Of a stretch of 64,000 bases of DNA, positions 59,759 through 64,000 are shown in pieces (positions within the stretch are counted from its first letter, which is position 1; each line of letters opens with the position of its first letter). The DNA is taken from assembly GCA_029887795.1 (NCBI GenBank), contig JARXPE010000003.1, forward strand, positions 28,600 through 92,599, in the 5' to 3' direction. Made by a program: the position numbers and the translations under genes. The DNA comes from Thermoproteota archaeon. GTDB lineage: Archaea > Thermoproteota > Methanomethylicia > Methanomethylicales > Methanomethylicaceae. Below the pieces are notes generated by a model. It was not told the DNA's origin, did no database searches, and worked only from the letters and a program-made list of their open reading frames with translations.

Positions 59759-62700
59759 ATGCCTAAAATAGCCTTTTATAAAAAAATTACATCTTTGATT
59801 TTAATCTCAGTAATTCTTATGAGCAATCTTCAAGTCGCTCTAGCCTACTCATTCTCAGAGAATGAGCTTCCCCATAGGCCTATTTATCCTTTATATAAAG
59901 AAGTAGATACGGAAAATATTGTAACGCCCAGTTATATTGCCCAGACTGGCTTCTCCCCAGAGGATCTCTCCCCCATTACTGTGGGTGGTCATTACGATCC
60001 AAAATCTATTCTTAATGAAATAACACCCACTCCACTTAACATATACCTTTATGTGAGGAATAACTTTAACTTTGAACCATACTACGGGTTTTTAAAGGGA
60101 CCATCTTTAACAAATCTTGACAAATCAGGAAATGATTTAGATCTTGCTGTCCTTTTGGTTTATCTTTTAAGATCTGCATCATATCCTGCAAAATACGTCT
60201 ACGGGACGATCACTCTTCCATCAGACAAAGTCATTAATTGGCTTGGAGTAAATACCACGGATGCTGCACTCTCATTATTAAAGGCTGCAGGGATCCCTTC
60301 TAGATTGACTGTTACTAATGAAGGTATCGCATCGATAGAACTTGAGCATTTTTGGGTGGAGGTCTATTACGAAGGTAAATGGTACGCGTTGGATCCAAGC
60401 TTCAAGGAGTATGTTTATTACCAGCCCGAGTCTATCGTGGAAGATTGGCTAAACGGGTCTAAAATAGTAAAAGACCTAATTGATAACACAAACTTCGATG
60501 GTTATTACATAAAAATGGCTCAGCCCAGCATCTTTACCTCCCCTGATCTAAACTCTTCAAACATAATTTCAGCCGTAAATGGCACCACAGGCTTCATAAT
60601 ATCGAAGGGAGCGAACGAGATCTCGCTCGGGGATGTCGAGACTTTTAATAAAGTCTACTCCGGTATAAAGTTGGATGCTTTAGGAGGTAAGGAGATAGTT
60701 CCTGAGATAACTGACAAACTGCCCGCTTCGCTACCATTCACGGTTGTGGCACACCTCAAAGAATACTCCGAAGTCCCTTCAGAGATGGTTTTTAACATCA
60801 CAATTGAGTCTGGGTCTCTAAAATACACACGCAGTATTTCTGAGCTTGGAGGAAGAAGGGTAACATTGACTTTCCTGCCCACTACGGCTGCCGATCTAGC
60901 TCTACGTAATAAAACTGATCTCTCAGTTGGTCCAATCTCCAATATTAACGTTACACCGGCTCTCCTTATAGATGGTGAGTTGGTAGCCAATGGATCTTCT
61001 ATGCTTCTCGGCACCGATACCTCATTAAATGTAACTATAGTCGGTCCAACCACCTCGTACTCAAAGTCAGTAACCGTAGTCTCGGGCGGCATATATGTGG
61101 TTGTGCTTGATCATAATAGAATATTCGAGTCACTGCTCCGCCTCAGGCAGGACCGCCTCTCTTTGACTAACAAACTCATGGAGTACGGCATCAGGGAGTT
61201 ATCGTTAGACGAAGTAACTGGGGAATCGTTTTACATCACTGGTCTGTCTTTCTGGAAGCATTGGATGGACTATGTGGATCACCTTGGCTCAAAAATCAAA
61301 GTTGCGTATGTTAGGTATCCTTCTGTACTCCTCGTGGGTAGTGGTATAGAGGTCGTCAAATCGGGGGACACGCCAATCAGTCTTAAGACTGTAGGTGTAT
61401 ACTTCAATATACTGTTTAATCTCATCACCCCGGTCTCTCACACTAATGATAGAAATGCCGAGCTGGACTTTCTTGCAAGAACAGCGGTCAGATCTTCCAA
61501 GCTCGAGGCATCAGTGATCGAGGAATTTCTTGAGCTGCCCTCCTTCTCTACCCAGACCATATTCGAGCATGCAGCTGCCGAAGGGATCAGGATCGTGATG
61601 ATAAATTCTTCAAATGTTGAAGTCTTGGACTCGCTTGCAATAAACGCGTCTGATAAGGTCTTTATAAGGGAAGCTGTCAACTCAGGTTTAACTGTTCTCG
61701 TTCCTGAGAGAAATATTCTCATCGGTGACTGGAATGGTACTGGCTACTACATAACAAATACGACTAGCGGCGCATGTTCTTACATGTTAACTGGTGGAAT
61801 ACAAGGCGGTTGGGGAAGGGGTTGGTCTGCGTGGATACAGGACGCGCTTGGAACGATAGTATCTGGAATGCTGAAGACGTTCGACAAGGCCAGTAATTGG
61901 GCCAGAGTTACACCAATTGTTGGAAGGATATTAAGTGCAGCTGATACTATTATTGGAAGCACAATAGATCTATATTACTCCTCCCCTTGCGACTTTTGGA
62001 CAAAGATGACTGCCGCACTTGCCAAGACCGCTACAACAATAGTGACGAATGGTCTCTTGGCATATGTCGAGGTTCAAACAGGCGGAACAACAACAGGAAT
62101 AATCGAAGCAGCCGCCGCTGAAGGTGCCGTGGGCTTCACTGTGAACGAGATAGTTAATGCCATTCAAGACTATATGATCTCGGAGCTTGGGCTCGACAAG
62201 CCTAATACCTGTGCAGATCCGGAGCTAGAGGTTTATCCTGTGTATATAGATCTGGGCAAGGTAAAGTATGGTGATGTGGTGACGGGAAAACTTATGGTCA
62301 GAAATAAGAACTACCGTGATATGAATTACGAAGTTCAGAATCTGATCCCCTTGGTATTCGAAATTAAAACGGTAGACCCTGCCCTCAGGTTCTCACCATC
62401 TCGTGGATCCGCCACTAGCTCTCAAATCATTGATATAACCTTAGATACTAAAAAAATCCCTCTGTCTGAGGTTCCAGAAAAAGGCGAAAAAACATTTTTC
62501 AGTGAGGTTGAGATCACAAGCAACAGCAAGTATGTGAAAACTTGGCGAGCTAAAATAGCTTATAAACTGACCACAGAAGAGGGAGCTTTGGTAGTTGTTA
62601 ATCCTTCTTCCTTAACTAAAACCTATATACAGGGCAAGGTCTTCTTTGATACTCTGAAATTTAGAATAAACTCTCTCGGCAAAGCGACTGTATACATCTC

Positions 62701-64000
62701 TCCAGGGAAAATTCCAATTGGTAGCGGTTATCTTCAAGTGGATCTAACCAAAGTAACTTTTGATGACAAAGGTTCTAAAGATATTCAAGTCTTGGTTTCA
62801 GTACCCTCAGGGACTGGAACGTATACAGGAACTTTTAACATCCTGGCAGAGTATACCCAAGGAAATGAAGTTAAAAAAACTACGATTCCGCTTTTAATCA
62901 CTATCGTTGTTGAGGCACAGCCAAAAGACAAAGATCCTAGGCCGCCCAACCCTCCAGATCAGAGTAATGACAAGCCACAACCACCTGGAGGGGATCATCC
63001 TGATGATACTTTCGATGTTTCTACCTCTTTCTTGGAACAGAAAACAATGGGCTACTCCCTTATAGCTATGGCTGTGAAGAAAAGTATGCCTTACGCAGAA
63101 TCGCTTCAGACAATATCCAGGACCGCTAAGCTCCTGTCAACTTTAGCCATAGCAGAGAACATGAGTCTATATGTTACGTCGAGCAGAGAGTATGCAACCG
63201 CCTATGCTTTGGCATCGGTAAATAGCAACGAAGTACTTAAGACCCTTTCTGATGCCCCGAATGTTGTTATCATGGATAGGGGTTTCTCTGATGGTGCTAA
63301 AGTTTTGCTTTCTGATTTAGGTATACCATTCTCTGTAATTCCTTCAGCACAGGTTGTGGTGGGCTCTTGGGTGCCCGAAGACCTAGCAAGGATCCATCCA
63401 ATTATGATACTGCCATCTGGATCTCTCTTTGGAATATCCTCGCAAATATTCAAGGCGAAGCTAGAGAAATATGTTGAAGCTGGGGGCACAATAATTGTCT
63501 TCTCACAGCAATACGGCTCGGACTTCAATGTACTCCCTGGTAGCCCCAATGGCTTCGGTTGGAGTGAGGACCAGATGTGCTATGGAGATGCTGCCTATAT
63601 AGACACATTAATGCCGATTGTCTCGAGCCAATATTATGTCACCATCTCCGAGCCAATCGATGGATATTTCACCTCTTACCCGTCCGAAACTACGGTTATT
63701 CTAAGGAGGACGAAGAATGACTTCCCAGCTATGATTCTCTATCCCTTCGGAAAAGGGTACGTTATAGCCACCACGATGTACACTGACTGGTCTCACACTA
63801 AGGGAGGTGCTATGACATCCGGGATGCACCTCGTGCGGGATGCTATAGCTTGGGCTCTATCAAATAAGCAGAAGCTTCAGGAGTTACCAATCTATAGATC
63901 GTCAAGTGTCGAAGTGACTGTGAAAAACACATCGCCGGAGATCTCCTCTAGCGTTGCACTCTCATTAATAAGTCCAAGCGGTGATATTGTTAAGCGCCAA
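59759..64000 (+). CDS. Very large secreted or cell-surface protein (>1,400 aa, partial at the 3' end) with a transglutaminase-like domain whose catalytic Cys is replaced by Asp
   Basis: Open frame from the ATG at 59759 to the window end; all minus-strand ORFs inside look antisense. Signal peptide MPKIAFYKKITSLILISVILMSNLQVALA. TGase-like core GNDLDLAVLLVYLLRSASYPAKYVYG ... EHFWVEVYYEGKWYALDPS. Pro-rich linker PKDKDPRPPNPPDQSNDKPQPPGG near 62.9 kb. Confidence 0.6.
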   Translation, partial: MPKIAFYKKITSLILISVILMSNLQVALAYSFSENELPHRPIYPLYKEVDTENIVTPSYIAQTGFSPEDLSPITVGGHYDPKSILNEITPTPLNIYLYVRNNFNFEPYYGFLKGPSLTNLDKSGNDLDLAVLLVYLLRSASYPAKYVYGTITLPSDKVINWLGVNTTDAALSLLKAAGIPSRLTVTNEGIASIELEHFWVEVYYEGKWYALDPSFKEYVYYQPESIVEDWLNGSKIVKDLIDNTNFDGYYIKMAQPSIFTSPDLNSSNIISAVNGTTGFIISKGANEISLGDVETFNKVYSGIKLDALGGKEIVPEITDKLPASLPFTVVAHLKEYSEVPSEMVFNITIESGSLKYTRSISELGGRRVTLTFLPTTAADLALRNKTDLSVGPISNINVTPALLIDGELVANGSSMLLGTDTSLNVTIVGPTTSYSKSVTVVSGGIYVVVLDHNRIFESLLRLRQDRLSLTNKLMEYGIRELSLDEVTGESFYITGLSFWKHWMDYVDHLGSKIKVAYVRYPSVLLVGSGIEVVKSGDTPISLKTVGVYFNILFNLITPVSHTNDRNAELDFLARTAVRSSKLEASVIEEFLELPSFSTQTIFEHAAAEGIRIVMINSSNVEVLDSLAINASDKVFIREAVNSGLTVLVPERNILIGDWNGTGYYITNTTSGACSYMLTGGIQGGWGRGWSAWIQDALGTIVSGMLKTFDKASNWARVTPIVGRILSAADTIIGSTIDLYYSSPCDFWTKMTAALAKTATTIVTNGLLAYVEVQTGGTTTGIIEAAAAEGAVGFTVNEIVNAIQDYMISELGLDKPNTCADPELEVYPVYIDLGKVKYGDVVTGKLMVRNKNYRDMNYEVQNLIPLVFEIKTVDPALRFSPSRGSATSSQIIDITLDTKKIPLSEVPEKGEKTFFSEVEITSNSKYVKTWRAKIAYKLTTEEGALVVVNPSSLTKTYIQGKVFFDTLKFRINSLGKATVYISPGKIPIGSGYLQVDLTKVTFDDKGSKDIQVLVSVPSGTGTYTGTFNILAEYTQGNEVKKTTIPLLITIVVEAQPKDKDPRPPNPPDQSNDKPQPPGGDHPDDTFDVSTSFLEQKTMGYSLIAMAVKKSMPYAESLQTISRTAKLLSTLAIAENMSLYVTSSREYATAYALASVNSNEVLKTLSDAPNVVIMDRGFSDGAKVLLSDLGIPFSVIPSAQVVVGSWVPEDLARIHPIMILPSGSLFGISSQIFKAKLEKYVEAGGTIIVFSQQYGSDFNVLPGSPNGFGWSEDQMCYGDAAYIDTLMPIVSSQYYVTISEPIDGYFTSYPSETTVILRRTKNDFPAMILYPFGKGYVIATTMYTDWSHTKGGAMTSGMHLVRDAIAWALSNKQKLQELPIYRSSSVEVTVKNTSPEISSSVALSLISPSGDIVKRQ

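Noticed and set aside
60655-63549. Minus-strand ORFs of 60-145 aa in the last 4 kb
   Set aside because: They lie antisense within one continuous plus-strand open frame with a signal peptide and recognisable domain.
1-64000. tRNA, rRNA, CRISPR arrays, IS elements and integrases
   Set aside because: No GC-rich cloverleaf-like segments in the intergenic gaps, no spaced direct repeats, no transposase- or integrase-like ORFs; none are called.

Overview
This is an archaeal chromosomal window. Evidence for archaeal origin: TATA-box binding protein, CDC48 AAA ATPase, archaeal-type signal peptidase, TrpB2, fused ThiDN with a ThiR regulator, and GGTG-type ribosome-binding sites. GC content is moderate. 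Roughly 65 genes are tightly packed. The flanks are housekeeping: partial gatA and gatC, cdc48, a LeuA-family synthase, tbp, a four-subunit 2-oxoacid:ferredoxin oxidoreductase (porGDAB), thiR/thiDN, nadE, tpiA, trpB2, a pstSCAB-phoU operon with an AbrB-PhoU regulator, a class-II HMG-CoA reductase, and a GT4 glycosyltransferase. The centre (about 12.7-46 kb) is a methyl-coenzyme M reductase (MCR) island. It holds a canonical-looking MCR operon that encodes only mcrB-mcrG-mcrA; all six residues that carry post-translational modifications in reference MCRs are conserved. Upstream of it sit an SsuABC/NitT-TauT-type ABC importer and an XRE helix-turn-helix regulator. Downstream lie a Cys-pair protein, a PurM-like protein, an MCR component A2 (AtwA-like tandem ABC ATPase) and ycaO-tfuA (thioglycine formation). 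Further on are a marker-15-like BadF/BcrAD ATPase and a tightly coupled operon mmp3 - small protein - mmp17 - mmp7 - second A2-like ATPase - RACo/RamA-like reductive activase - unknown. The detached mcrD-mcrC pair is transcribed divergently from that operon. No rRNA, tRNA, CRISPR array or obvious transposon was seen. The window ends in a very large (>1,400 aa) secreted protein whose transglutaminase-like domain has the nucleophile Cys replaced by Asp. Gene identities come from motif recognition by eye. Start codons were re-evaluated where the ORF track looked over-extended, because the track allows GTG/TTG starts.
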